Assembly (NCBI GenBank): GCA_022828105.1
Contig: JAJEJC010000007.1
Span: forward strand, 204,885-268,884
DNA length: 64,000 nucleotides
Direction: 5' to 3'
Source of the DNA: Dehalococcoidia bacterium
Lineage (GTDB): Bacteria > Chloroflexota > Dehalococcoidia > Bin125
Shown here: positions 20,031 through 29,316 of the stretch, in pieces
Layout of the letters: each line of letters starts with the position of its first letter
Position numbering within the stretch: the first letter of the stretch is position 1
Notes under the pieces: model-generated
Database searches by the model: none
Seen by the model: only the letters and a program-made list of their open reading frames with translations
Told to the model about the DNA's origin: nothing
Position numbers and translations under genes: made by a program

Positions 20031-20879
20031 ATGACCGACTTCGGCGTATCGATGTTCCCAACCGACTACGCGATCCAGCCGCCAGAGCTGGGTCGAGAGG
20101 TCGAAGCGCGCGGCTTCGAGTCGCTCTGGTTTCCCGAGCACACGCACATTCCGACTTCCCGCCAATCGCCCTGGCCGGGCGGCGGCGATCTGCCACAGGA
20201 ATACTGGCACACGCACGACCCATTCGTCTCGCTGATGGCAGCCGCCGCCGCGACGGAGACACTCAAGGTCGGCACCGGCATCCTGTTGGTACCGGAACAC
20301 GATGTGCTCGTATCGGCCAAGTCGGCCGCCTCGTTGGACATGATCTCCGGCGGCCGCCTGATTCTCGGCATCGGCGCGGGCTGGAATGCCGAAGAGCTGG
20401 AGAATCACGGCTGGAATTTCAAAGACCGTTGGAAGGTCACCCGTGAAATCGTCCTCGCGTGGCGAGAACTGTGGTCGCAGGACGAACCTGAATTCCACGG
20501 CGAATTCGTCGACTTCGACCCGGTTTGGAGCTACCCCAAGCCGGTCGACGGCGATGTCCCGATTCTGCTGGGAGCGCAGTCAAAGTGGTCGTTCGACCGG
20601 GTGGTCGACTACTGCGACGGCTGGCTGCCGATCAACGGGCGCGGCGACCTTCGGTCCGACATGGAGCAGCTCCGCGCCGCCGCCGACCGTGGAGAACGCG
20701 ACTTCGAGACGATCCAGCGCAGCGTGTTCGGCGTCGGACCGGACCCGAAGCTGGTCCAGGACCTGATTGACATGGGCTTCCAGCGGATCATCTTCGGTCT
20801 GCCGCCGGCCGAATCAGGCACGGTGATTCCGTTGCTCGACCGCTACTCGGAGGTCAAGGCCGAGTTCAACGGCGGCTAG
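20031..20879 (+). CDS. LLM-class F420-dependent oxidoreductase (luciferase-like monooxygenase family)
   Basis: MTDFGVSMFPTDYAI...GFESLWFPEHTHIP...LKVGTGILLVPEHDV...GRLILGIGAGWNAEE...ILLGAQSKW. AGGATGAG SD before ATG 20031. Confidence 0.85.
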   Translation: MTDFGVSMFPTDYAIQPPELGREVEARGFESLWFPEHTHIPTSRQSPWPGGGDLPQEYWHTHDPFVSLMAAAAATETLKVGTGILLVPEHDVLVSAKSAASLDMISGGRLILGIGAGWNAEELENHGWNFKDRWKVTREIVLAWRELWSQDEPEFHGEFVDFDPVWSYPKPVDGDVPILLGAQSKWSFDRVVDYCDGWLPINGRGDLRSDMEQLRAAADRGERDFETIQRSVFGVGPDPKLVQDLIDMGFQRIIFGLPPAESGTVIPLLDRYSEVKAEFNGG

Positions 20880-20895
20880 TCCCAGGTTGCACCGT

Positions 20896-20950
20896 CCCCT
20901 CTCCCCCCGCTGTTGGCGGGGGGAGATGCCGCAGGCAGAAGGGGGCTCCC
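20896..20950 (+). repeat. GC-rich multi-hairpin intergenic repeat, copy 3, after LLM stop and abutting/overlapping the next gene start
   Basis: CCCCTCTCCCCCCGC-TGTTG-GCGGGGGGAGATG-CCGCAGGCAG-AAGGGGGCTCCC; ends 1 nt before GTG 20951. Confidence 0.8.
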
Positions 20951-21730
20951 GTGAGCGGAGAGATCCCAGACCAGCGGCTCACCCGTGCCCGCCTGCGACG
21001 GCTCCGGCAACTGCGCAGCGCCAAGGGGCGGCGCGAACAGCGCGCATTCCTGATCGACGGCCTCAAGCTCGTTCGAGACGCCATTGACGCGGCCGCGCCG
21101 ATTACAGAAGTGCTCAGCGTTTCGCCCCAGGAATGGGCCGACGTTTCATTGCCCCTGACAACGATCAGCCAGGCGGACTCCGAGCGGCTCTCCGATACGC
21201 GAACGCCGCAGGGTCACTTCGCAGTCGTCGAGGATCGCGTTGGTGGACTGGATACGCCTTCGGGCGAGTCCTGGCAGGTCGTGGCGTTGAACGCGATCCA
21301 GGACGCGGGCAATGTCGGCGGGATGATCCGCTCCGCCGCCGCATTCAAAGCCGACGCGGTGATCGTGGGACCCGACAGCGCCGATCCGACGCATCCACGC
21401 GTCACGCGGGCTGCGACGGGCGCATGGTTTCGAGTTCCCATCGCTCGCTCCAGCGACTTGCGCTCGGATCTCGGAAGGCTTCGCGATGCAGGCGCATCGG
21501 TCGTGGCTGCAGAAGCGTCGGGCGAACCGCTGGAGGGCATCGAAGTCCCCCATCGAGTTGTCTGGCTGTTCGGCAATGAGGGATCGGGAGTTAGCACGGA
21601 ACTGCAACCCCTGGTCGATCAGCGCGTCTCCGTCCCCATCGCCGATGCCGTGGACTCGCTCAACGTCAACGTGGCGGCCGGCATCATCCTGCATCATGGC
21701 CGGAACGTGGCCCGCGAGAGGAGCAATTGA
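20951..21730 (+). CDS. TrmH/SpoU-family RNA 2'-O-methyltransferase (RlmB-like, with N-terminal substrate-binding domain)
   Basis: RLRRLRQLRSAKGRREQRAFLIDGLKLVRDAI N-terminus; SPOUT motifs ALNAIQDAGNVGGMIRSAAAF, LFGNEGSGVS, DSLNVNVAAGIILH. The GTG start is immediately adjacent to repeat copy 3, so the start is uncertain. Confidence 0.8.
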   Translation: MSGEIPDQRLTRARLRRLRQLRSAKGRREQRAFLIDGLKLVRDAIDAAAPITEVLSVSPQEWADVSLPLTTISQADSERLSDTRTPQGHFAVVEDRVGGLDTPSGESWQVVALNAIQDAGNVGGMIRSAAAFKADAVIVGPDSADPTHPRVTRAATGAWFRVPIARSSDLRSDLGRLRDAGASVVAAEASGEPLEGIEVPHRVVWLFGNEGSGVSTELQPLVDQRVSVPIADAVDSLNVNVAAGIILHHGRNVARERSN

Positions 21731-22506
21731 TGAGGATTACGACTTGGAACGTCAACTCGATCCGGGCGCGCGAGGATCGGGTGCTCAACTGGCTCGACCA
21801 GAACCAGCCCGACGTGCTCTGTCTGCAGGAACTCAAGTGCACCGAAGAGCAGTTTCCCTTCGACGGGTTCGACGACCTGGGCTACCACGTCGTGCTGCAC
21901 GGCCAGAAGTCCTACAACGGCGTGGCCATCCTCTCGCTCGATTACCCGGATTGGGTCGAGGAAGCCGTCCCCTGGCCCGACGACGATCAGTCACGCGGCA
22001 TCGCCGCCGAAGTCAATGGCGTCCGCGTCGTCAGCCTCTATTGCCCGAATGGCCGCGAAGTCGGACACGAGATGTACCGCTACAAGCTGGAGTGGTTCGA
22101 CCGGCTGCGCGCCTGGCTGGATGGCCAGGACCCGTCAAGCAATCTCGTCCTGACTGGCGACTTCAACGTCACATTCGACGACCGAGACGTCAACGATCCC
22201 GAGTTCTGGCACGAGCGCAACCTCTGCTCGACGCCCGAGCGGGAGCGGCTCAACGCACTGATCGACTGGGGCCTGACCGACGCGCTGCGCCTGTTCGATG
22301 AATCGGCGGGGGTCTACACGTGGTGGGACTACCGTACCGGCGGCGTCATGCAGGGGGAAGGTCTGCGCATCGATCATCACCTAATCAGCGCCCCGCTGGT
22401 CGAGCGTGCGGCGGCGGTCGAGATCGACATCGAGGAACGGCGCAGGGAGGGCGACGGCGACAAGCCGTCGGACCACGCGCCGGTCACACTGGTGTTGGAG
22501 GACTAG
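21727..22506 (+). CDS. xthA: Exodeoxyribonuclease III (AP endonuclease)
   Basis: MRITTWNVNSIRAR...LCLQELK...LTGDFNV...DHAPV hallmark Xth motifs; 259 aa. Confidence 0.9.
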   Translation: MMRITTWNVNSIRAREDRVLNWLDQNQPDVLCLQELKCTEEQFPFDGFDDLGYHVVLHGQKSYNGVAILSLDYPDWVEEAVPWPDDDQSRGIAAEVNGVRVVSLYCPNGREVGHEMYRYKLEWFDRLRAWLDGQDPSSNLVLTGDFNVTFDDRDVNDPEFWHERNLCSTPERERLNALIDWGLTDALRLFDESAGVYTWWDYRTGGVMQGEGLRIDHHLISAPLVERAAAVEIDIEERRREGDGDKPSDHAPVTLVLED

Positions 22507-23899
22507 CGCGGAAGCCAGCCTCTTCGAGCATCGCTGCGCATCGAATCGCTATGGCGTCATTGCCCTCACGGGCCACAATCTGCACCGAGAGAGGCAACCC
22601 GTCGCTGCCCGGACCAGCCGGCATCGCAATGGCCGGCGCCTGGATCAGATTGGCCAGCGGCGTGTAGAGGATCGACGTGGTCCAGGGGCTCACGGACACG
22701 CCGGCAATCTTCTCGATTCGCTCTCCGTGTCCAGGCGCGGCGATCGCGCTGGTCGGGATAAGCAACACATCGAAATCGTCGAACCAGGCGTCCATCTGCC
22801 GCTTCAGGCGATCCTGAGCCGCGTAGGCGTCCGCGACCTTCACGCCGCTCAGACCGCTGCCTCGCCTCAGGCTTCCTTGCGTGTAGTCGCTGAGCTCATC
22901 GTCGCGACCGATACACATTCGTCCGTAGTTCGCCGCTGCGCCGACGGCGGAGAGCGTGGGAAACACCTCGTTCGGGTCGCTGATCGGCGGCGATGCTTCT
23001 TCGACGGTCGCTCCCGCCGCGCGCAGTGCGTCAGCCGCATCGGCGACGCGCTGGGCGATCTCCGGCTCGCACGGCGTTGGCCAACCCAGGTGGGTCGTCC
23101 GCGCCACGCGCACGCCGTCTAGCGACCCTGGCACGGCGAACGACGTGAAATCGACCGGTCCCGAACGGTGCCCCGCCGGATCTCTCGAGTCCTCACCCGC
23201 GATCACGCTGAACATCAGCGCGGCGTCCTGTAGCGTCCGGGCGAGGACTCCGTCGGTGGAGATTTGCGACATGCCTGCCCCGCGCACTCGGCGCGGTATC
23301 CGCCTGCCGCTTGGCTTAATCCCGACCACACCGCAGTAGGCCGCGGGCACGCGGACCGAACCGCCGCCGTCAGTGCCGTGATGCAGCGGGCCGTATCCCG
23401 CCGCGCAGGCCGCAGCCGCGCCGCCGCTCGAGCCGCCGGCGGTACGTTCCAGGTTCCACGGATTCGCCGTTGGCGCTCCGATGCGATTCATCGTCTGCGC
23501 TGCCAGACCGAACTCCGAAGTGTTGGTCTTGCCCAGGAAGACGGCGCCTGCCGCACGCAGACGCTCGACGAACAACTCGTCACGCGCCGCCGGCCGGCGC
23601 GAGGTGACCAGCGAACCCATCGTCGTTGGCGCGCCCTGCACGTCGACCAGGTCCTTGATCGTGACCGGGATGCCCAACAGCGGCGGCGGCTCCTCCGACT
23701 CACGGAGTCGCCACTCGCGGGCGGCAACTCGGGCATGCGACAGCGCCGAGTCGCGGGTCTGGGTGATGAACGCGTGCAGGGACGGCTCCAGGCGGTCGAT
23801 GCGATCGCCGAGCGCTTCAACGACTTCGATCGGCGAGAGACTGCGCGAGTCGTAGGCGGCGCGCAGTTCCAGCGCCGAGAGTTCGTGTATCTGGGGCAT
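22484..23899 (-). CDS. Amidase signature (AS) family amidase
   Basis: GIPVTIKDLVDVQGAPTTMGS...GGSSGGAAAACAAGYGPLHHGTDGGGSVRVPAAYCGVVGIKPS: Gly/Ser-rich AS signature with Ser-cisSer-Lys triad context. Start ATG overlaps the upstream peptidase stop (TGATG). Confidence 0.85.
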   Translation of the reverse strand: MPQIHELSALELRAAYDSRSLSPIEVVEALGDRIDRLEPSLHAFITQTRDSALSHARVAAREWRLRESEEPPPLLGIPVTIKDLVDVQGAPTTMGSLVTSRRPAARDELFVERLRAAGAVFLGKTNTSEFGLAAQTMNRIGAPTANPWNLERTAGGSSGGAAAACAAGYGPLHHGTDGGGSVRVPAAYCGVVGIKPSGRRIPRRVRGAGMSQISTDGVLARTLQDAALMFSVIAGEDSRDPAGHRSGPVDFTSFAVPGSLDGVRVARTTHLGWPTPCEPEIAQRVADAADALRAAGATVEEASPPISDPNEVFPTLSAVGAAANYGRMCIGRDDELSDYTQGSLRRGSGLSGVKVADAYAAQDRLKRQMDAWFDDFDVLLIPTSAIAAPGHGERIEKIAGVSVSPWTTSILYTPLANLIQAPAIAMPAGPGSDGLPLSVQIVAREGNDAIAIRCAAMLEEAGFRASPPTPV

Positions 23900-25869
23900 C
23901 AGAGATTCTCGATCTCGACCGACTCAATCTCCCCGGCCGGGCTGAATCCGAAGATGCGCCCGTAGAAGTCAAGCTCGGCCTCGATTGCGCGCTGAATGTT
24001 GGCAGCCTGACGGAAGCCATGCTGTTCGCCCTCGAAGGCGATGTAGGCGACGGGCAGGCCCTTGTCGCGCAGGGCCTCGACCATCCGCTCGGCCTGGTTG
24101 GGAGGAACGATTTTGTCCTCAAGACCCTGGAGGAAGATGAGCGGGCATGAGAGTCGATCGACCGCGTGAATCGGCGAGCGCTGTTCATACAACTCGGCTC
24201 GCTCGGGATACGGTCCGATTAGCGAGTCGAGGTAGCGGGACTCGAACTTGTGCGTGTCCTCGGCCAGCGCCGCCGCATCCGAAACGCCGTAGTAGGACGC
24301 GCCGGCGGTGAACACGTCGCCGAACGTGAGCGCGCAGAGCGTCGTATAGCCGCCCGCCGAGCCGCCTCGGATGGCCAGCCGGCTCGGGTCGACATCGCCG
24401 CGCTCGACCAGGTAGCGCGCCGCCGCTTCGCAGTCTTCGCGATCGGCGACGCCCCAGTTTCCGTTCAGTTGCCGCCGGTACTCGGTGCCGTAGCCGGTTG
24501 AGCCTCGGTAGTTGACGTCGACCACGGCGAAGCCGCGCGTGGTCCAGTACTGGATCGCGAGGGCGAAGCCGGGATTGGTCGCGCTCGTCGGTCCGCCGTG
24601 AATGAACGTCACCAAGGGCGGCCGTTCAGCGTCGGGACCGGCGAAGTCGGGGTTGGTCGGGGCGTAGTAGTAGGCGTGCGAGACCAGACCGTCGGCGGTG
24701 GGGTAAGTGATTGCTTCGGCCCGCGAGAAGTAGGCGGGGTCGATGTCGGGAGCGGGCGACGCGCGCAATGTCTCAATCTCGCCGCTGTCGACGTCAATGG
24801 CCACAATCGCCGCTCCGACATCAGGTCCCGCCGCGGCTGCGATGGCGCGCGGGCCAACAGCAGCAGTGAAGAAGCCAAACGTGTTGAAGGGCGTCTCCAA
24901 CTCCCTCAGATCGCCGGTCTCTACGTCGATCACGCCGAGACGCCGACCGTCGGCATTGCCGTATTGCGCGACGATGCAGCACTCATCCATCACCGCGTAG
25001 CTTGACATCGAGAACTCCCATTGGGGTTGCCCGAACTCGGCGTCCATTGCCAGCACGGGGACAAGCTCCGTGCCGGTCCAGCGCTGGATGTTCCACCAGC
25101 CCGACGCGTCCGAGACGCAGTACAGCGTCCCGTCAGGGCCCCATTGCGGTTCAATGATCGAGACGGTGCCGCGGGCGTCGCCGGCGATTCGGCGCGGCGC
25201 GAGCAGCGAACCGTTGGCCGCGACCTCGGCCAGCCACAGCTCGGTCGCGTCCCAGGGCATGTTGGGATGATTCCAGCAGATCCAGGCCAGCCGGCGCCCG
25301 TCGGGGCTCAGCCGGGGCGACGAGCAAAAGTCGAAGCCCTCGTGCAACCGTTCAATCTCGGTCCCATCCGCCGCGCTGCCGTCGGTCGGGATCGAGGCGA
25401 GATAATTCTTCGCCTCCAATCCCTCGCGGCGGTGATCCTCGGCCACGCAGATCAATCGGCCCCGTTCGTCGTCGACCGCCGCGTCTGCGTAGCGAACGGC
25501 AATCTCGGGGGTCAGCGGCTCCGGTTCGCCCGAACCGTCGACCGGGCGTCGATACAGGCGTTGGTTGCTGAAGTTCGAGAAGTAGGCGACGCCATTCGAC
25601 ACCGCGAGCGACCCTCCTCCGTACTCATGGACGAGCGTGCGGGCACTGAATTCGGCGGTGGTGACCTCGCTCAGTTCACCGGACGCTGAGTACCGCATCG
25701 CTGCGTAGCGGCCGCGCTCGTCGGGCCGCGACTCGACCCAGTAGAGATCGTCGCCGTCGACATCGAGCTCGTCGAAGCGCAGCGCGCCCTGGGTGAGCAT
25801 TTCGGTCGCGACTGGAGACGTCCAGGAGCCGTACGGCGCGACTGTTGGATTGCCCGAATGTTCACTCAT
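23899..25869 (-). CDS. S9 family serine peptidase (prolyl oligopeptidase/acylaminoacyl-peptidase-like; beta-propeller + alpha/beta hydrolase)
   Basis: C-terminal peptidase domain with GGSAGGY nucleophile elbow plus Asp/His downstream; N-terminal propeller-like WD-ish repeats. Start at ATG 25869 (MSEHSGNP), not the longer ORF-track start at 25989. Confidence 0.8.
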   Translation of the reverse strand: MSEHSGNPTVAPYGSWTSPVATEMLTQGALRFDELDVDGDDLYWVESRPDERGRYAAMRYSASGELSEVTTAEFSARTLVHEYGGGSLAVSNGVAYFSNFSNQRLYRRPVDGSGEPEPLTPEIAVRYADAAVDDERGRLICVAEDHRREGLEAKNYLASIPTDGSAADGTEIERLHEGFDFCSSPRLSPDGRRLAWICWNHPNMPWDATELWLAEVAANGSLLAPRRIAGDARGTVSIIEPQWGPDGTLYCVSDASGWWNIQRWTGTELVPVLAMDAEFGQPQWEFSMSSYAVMDECCIVAQYGNADGRRLGVIDVETGDLRELETPFNTFGFFTAAVGPRAIAAAAGPDVGAAIVAIDVDSGEIETLRASPAPDIDPAYFSRAEAITYPTADGLVSHAYYYAPTNPDFAGPDAERPPLVTFIHGGPTSATNPGFALAIQYWTTRGFAVVDVNYRGSTGYGTEYRRQLNGNWGVADREDCEAAARYLVERGDVDPSRLAIRGGSAGGYTTLCALTFGDVFTAGASYYGVSDAAALAEDTHKFESRYLDSLIGPYPERAELYEQRSPIHAVDRLSCPLIFLQGLEDKIVPPNQAERMVEALRDKGLPVAYIAFEGEQHGFRQAANIQRAIEAELDFYGRIFGFSPAGEIESVEIENL

Positions 25870-25957
25870 CGTTGCCCCATCTCTCCAGAAACCTGCAATC
25901 ATCGTAGGCGAGGATTTGAGAACGGCTTGCGTAATCATCCTGCGAGAGGGACGTGAC

Positions 25958-28840
25958 GTGGCCTCACAGCGACCGGCAAGCGCACGCACGACGATTGAGG
26001 CGGCGGCTCAAGCCAATCATGATCGCCGCTTGGTCGACGCTCCGCTGGCGGCCGACGTGCGGCTGCTCAGCAGCATGCTCGGCAACACGATTCGGCGCGT
26101 GGACGGCGATGACGTGTTCAATGCGGTCGAACAGTTGCGCGGCCTCACGCAACGCCGGCGCGGTGTCCGCCAGGACCCCGAGCCGCAACTCACCGCCGAG
26201 ATTGTGCAACTGGTGCACGGCTGGCCGCTCTGGCTGGCGGCCGAGGTCGGCAACGCGTTTCTGACCTACTTCCTGCTGACAAACACTGCGGAGGAAGCTC
26301 ACCGAATTCGGCGTCGACGCTTGCGTTCGAGCAACAATCATGCCGCACCGCGTTCGCTGCCGGCGGTGGTCGAGCAACTCTTGTCCGGCGGCTTCGACGA
26401 CACGGCGATTCGCACACAGGCGGCCGGCATCCACCTGCAACCCGTGTTCACCGCGCATCCGACGGAATCTCAGCGGCTGACCATGCTGGGCACGCTGCAG
26501 GACGTGCACCAGTTGTTGCTTGACCGGGAACATGCGATTCCTGCCGAGCTCGAAGAGATTGACGCCGCGCTGCGCACCCATATCGAGGGGCTCTGGCAGG
26601 CTGATCACCTGCGTCATCGCCGCCCGACCGTGTTGGAAGAGTCGAGGCTGCTGCTGAGGACGTTTGAGACTACGCTGTGGGACGCGGTGCCTGACGTGAC
26701 CGCGCGATTCCGTCGCGCGACCGGCGTCACCGCTGCGGAATCGCCTGCGCCCGTCGTGCTCGGCTCGTGGATGGGCGGCGACGCCGATGGCAATCCGAAC
26801 GTGACGCCGGACTTGACCTGGCAGACCGCGCTGACCATGCGCGCGCGGGTGCTGCGATTGCATGTCCAGGCCGTGCGGGCGATGGACACGATGCTGCCCC
26901 ACTCCGCACGCCGTGTGTCGTCGTCGCCCGGTCTGGAAGAGTCGCTCAAGCGCGACGAGCGGCGCATGCCGAGGATTGAGGACCGGCTCAAGCACCGCAA
27001 CCAGGCCGAACGGTATCGGCACAAGACTCGCTACATGACGGCGAGGCTTCAGGCGACGCTTGAGGCCGACTACGCACTGCTCGACACACGGGCCGCCAAC
27101 ATCCACGACGCGCGGCTGAGCACCGACGAGCCCGACGGCGTGCCCTACGACTCGGCGCAGGAGTTCGTCGACGACCTTGAGTCGATCTCGGAGAGTCTGC
27201 GGCTGCATGGCGCGGACGCCGCCGCGGACACCGTGGTCCAGCCGTTGATCGACCGCGCCCGCGCGTTTGGCTTTCACCTGGCCGCGCTCGACATCCGCGA
27301 ACATGCGGACAGCTTCCATGCGGCCGCCAATGCGGTCCTCGAAGGACTCGACATTCAGCCGCCAGGGGGCAGCTACCTCGACCTGACCAAGCCGCAGCGC
27401 GAGGAGTTCCTGGCCAGGGAGCTGGATCGGGATTACTTCCCAGTCGGCCACGCGATGTCGACGCATGACGACGAAACACTGCGCAGATTCCGCACTGCAC
27501 GCCGCATCCAGCGCATCTGCGGACCCGAAGCGATGCAGACCTGCATCGTCTCGATGAGCGAGACCGCTGCCGACGTGCTCGCGCCGGTACTCGTCGCGCG
27601 GCAGGCGGGACTCAATGACGTCGATCACCGCGCGCCAGGCGGGCAGATTCGCATTGCTCCCCTGTTCGAGCGTGTCGCCGACCTCGATCGGGCGCCGGCC
27701 GCGCTGCGCTCGCTGTTCTCATACGACGCCTACCGTCGCCATCTCAACGCGCATGACGACCTGCAAGAGGTGATGGTCGGCTACTCCGACTCGGCCAAGG
27801 ACGCCGGTGTGCTGCCCTCGCTCTGGGGCCTGTACCGCGCCCAGGAAGCGATGCACGAGGTGGCGCGCGACGCGGGCGTCAAGTTGATGTTCTTCCACGG
27901 CCGCGGCGGCACAGTGAGCCGCGGCGGCGGGCCGTCGCACGACGCAATTCTCGCGCTGCCGCCGCACACCACCGAAGGCGGGATCAAGTTCACCGAGCAG
28001 GGCGAGATGATCCAGTTCACCTACGGGATGCTCGGACTGGCCAAGTGGAATCTCGAGCAGACCCTGGCCGCGTCGTTGGTCAAGCGCTTCGATCGCGATC
28101 ATGACGACACACCGGACGCGGAGCGGGAACGCTATCACGCCGCGATGGACGAACTCTCGGAGATCGCCGAACTCGCCTATCGGTCGAACGTCGTCGAGAA
28201 CCAGGATCTTCACGCCTACTTCCAGCGCGTCACACCGATCGGCATGCTCGGCAATCTCGCGATCGGCTCGCGCCCGACCTTCCGTCCCGGCTCGGACGCC
28301 TCGCTCACATCACTGCGTGCGATTCCCTGGGTCTTTGCCTGGATGCAGACCCGGCACGTGATCACCGGGTGGATGGGCGTCGGCACCGCGCTCGACGAGT
28401 TCTTCAATCGTCACGGCAGCTCCGGCGAAGCCTTGCTCAGGGACATGCGAGACCGCTGGCCGTTTTTCGCCACGCTGCTCTCCAACGTCGAGATGGTGCT
28501 GGCCAAGGCGGATTTCGATGTTGCCGAGCACTATGCGCGGACGCTGGGCGACGGCGACCAGGACCTGCGCACCTTCGGTCGCCTGCGCGACGAATTCGTT
28601 CGCACGGTCAGGATGGTCAATCGGCTGTCGGACCAGGACCGGCTGCTGGACGAGTCGCCCGTCCTGCAACGCTCAATCGCGCTGCGCAATCCTTATGTCG
28701 ACGCGCTGAGCTTCCTGCAAGTCGACCTGCTCAGCCGTATCCGCGACCTGCCCGAGAGTGATCCCGAGTACGCGGACACGCTGGAGGCCATCCTGCGCAG
28801 CGTCAACGGCGTCGCCGCCGGCCTGCGCAACACCGGCTAG
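25958..28840 (+). CDS. ppc: Phosphoenolpyruvate carboxylase (bacterial type)
   Basis: Diagnostic FTAHPTE motif, GYSDSAKDAG, FHGRGGTVSRGGGP, C-terminal ...GLRNTG. GTG 25958 with GAGAGGGA SD upstream; the ORF-track ATG at 25793 would overlap the divergent peptidase gene and adds non-PEPC sequence. Confidence 0.9.
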   Translation: MASQRPASARTTIEAAAQANHDRRLVDAPLAADVRLLSSMLGNTIRRVDGDDVFNAVEQLRGLTQRRRGVRQDPEPQLTAEIVQLVHGWPLWLAAEVGNAFLTYFLLTNTAEEAHRIRRRRLRSSNNHAAPRSLPAVVEQLLSGGFDDTAIRTQAAGIHLQPVFTAHPTESQRLTMLGTLQDVHQLLLDREHAIPAELEEIDAALRTHIEGLWQADHLRHRRPTVLEESRLLLRTFETTLWDAVPDVTARFRRATGVTAAESPAPVVLGSWMGGDADGNPNVTPDLTWQTALTMRARVLRLHVQAVRAMDTMLPHSARRVSSSPGLEESLKRDERRMPRIEDRLKHRNQAERYRHKTRYMTARLQATLEADYALLDTRAANIHDARLSTDEPDGVPYDSAQEFVDDLESISESLRLHGADAAADTVVQPLIDRARAFGFHLAALDIREHADSFHAAANAVLEGLDIQPPGGSYLDLTKPQREEFLARELDRDYFPVGHAMSTHDDETLRRFRTARRIQRICGPEAMQTCIVSMSETAADVLAPVLVARQAGLNDVDHRAPGGQIRIAPLFERVADLDRAPAALRSLFSYDAYRRHLNAHDDLQEVMVGYSDSAKDAGVLPSLWGLYRAQEAMHEVARDAGVKLMFFHGRGGTVSRGGGPSHDAILALPPHTTEGGIKFTEQGEMIQFTYGMLGLAKWNLEQTLAASLVKRFDRDHDDTPDAERERYHAAMDELSEIAELAYRSNVVENQDLHAYFQRVTPIGMLGNLAIGSRPTFRPGSDASLTSLRAIPWVFAWMQTRHVITGWMGVGTALDEFFNRHGSSGEALLRDMRDRWPFFATLLSNVEMVLAKADFDVAEHYARTLGDGDQDLRTFGRLRDEFVRTVRMVNRLSDQDRLLDESPVLQRSIALRNPYVDALSFLQVDLLSRIRDLPESDPEYADTLEAILRSVNGVAAGLRNTG

Positions 28841-28857
28841 TCCCGCTAGCGGGTTCG

Positions 28858-29316
28858 CTACGCAACCACTTCCCAATGGACCAGGGTGAACGGCTCGGTC
28901 TCGTCGCTGCCCTCGTGGTCTTCGAAGACGGGGCGCACTTCCGCGCCGATCTCGACCGTCTGCATCGGGTCGCCGACGAGGTTGCCGACCATCCGCACGT
29001 TTTCGTGGTTGGGCAGCTCAACCAACACGACGAGATACGGGCACGAGTCCTGCAGTGCCGGATGGACCGGATGCCAGACGCGCTCCCACGAGTAGATTCG
29101 GCCGTTGCCCTCAACCGGCTTCCAACCGAGGTCGAAGGAGTGACAGCGGTGGCAGACCCACTCGGGCCCGAACTGGGGCCGGTCGCACGTGTGGCAGTTC
29201 TGGACGAGTAACTCGTGGCGCTTGACGCCCTCCCAGTACTCGGTGTCGAGCCCGTCAATGGCCGGCGCAGGCGCGGGCATACCCTCGCCCAGGTAGTACC
29301 TTCCTGGATTCGCCAT
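28858..29316 (-). CDS. Zn-ribbon OB-fold protein (DUF35 family), partner of SCP-x-type thiolase
   Basis: CxxC...CxxC rubredoxin-like zinc ribbon (CHTCDRPQFGPEWVCHRC) followed by OB-fold; shares its ATG/stop (ATGA) with the downstream thiolase gene. Confidence 0.8.
   Translation of the reverse strand: MANPGRYYLGEGMPAPAPAIDGLDTEYWEGVKRHELLVQNCHTCDRPQFGPEWVCHRCHSFDLGWKPVEGNGRIYSWERVWHPVHPALQDSCPYLVVLVELPNHENVRMVGNLVGDPMQTVEIGAEVRPVFEDHEGSDETEPFTLVHWEVVA

Noticed and set aside
25793-25957. Upstream in-frame ATG extension of ppc
   Set aside because: Adds 55 residues with no PEPC similarity and overlaps the divergent peptidase start. GTG 25958 has a proper SD.
25964-27628. 554-aa minus-strand ORF
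   Set aside because: Antisense to PEP carboxylase, which carries diagnostic TAHPTE and C-terminal RNTG motifs.
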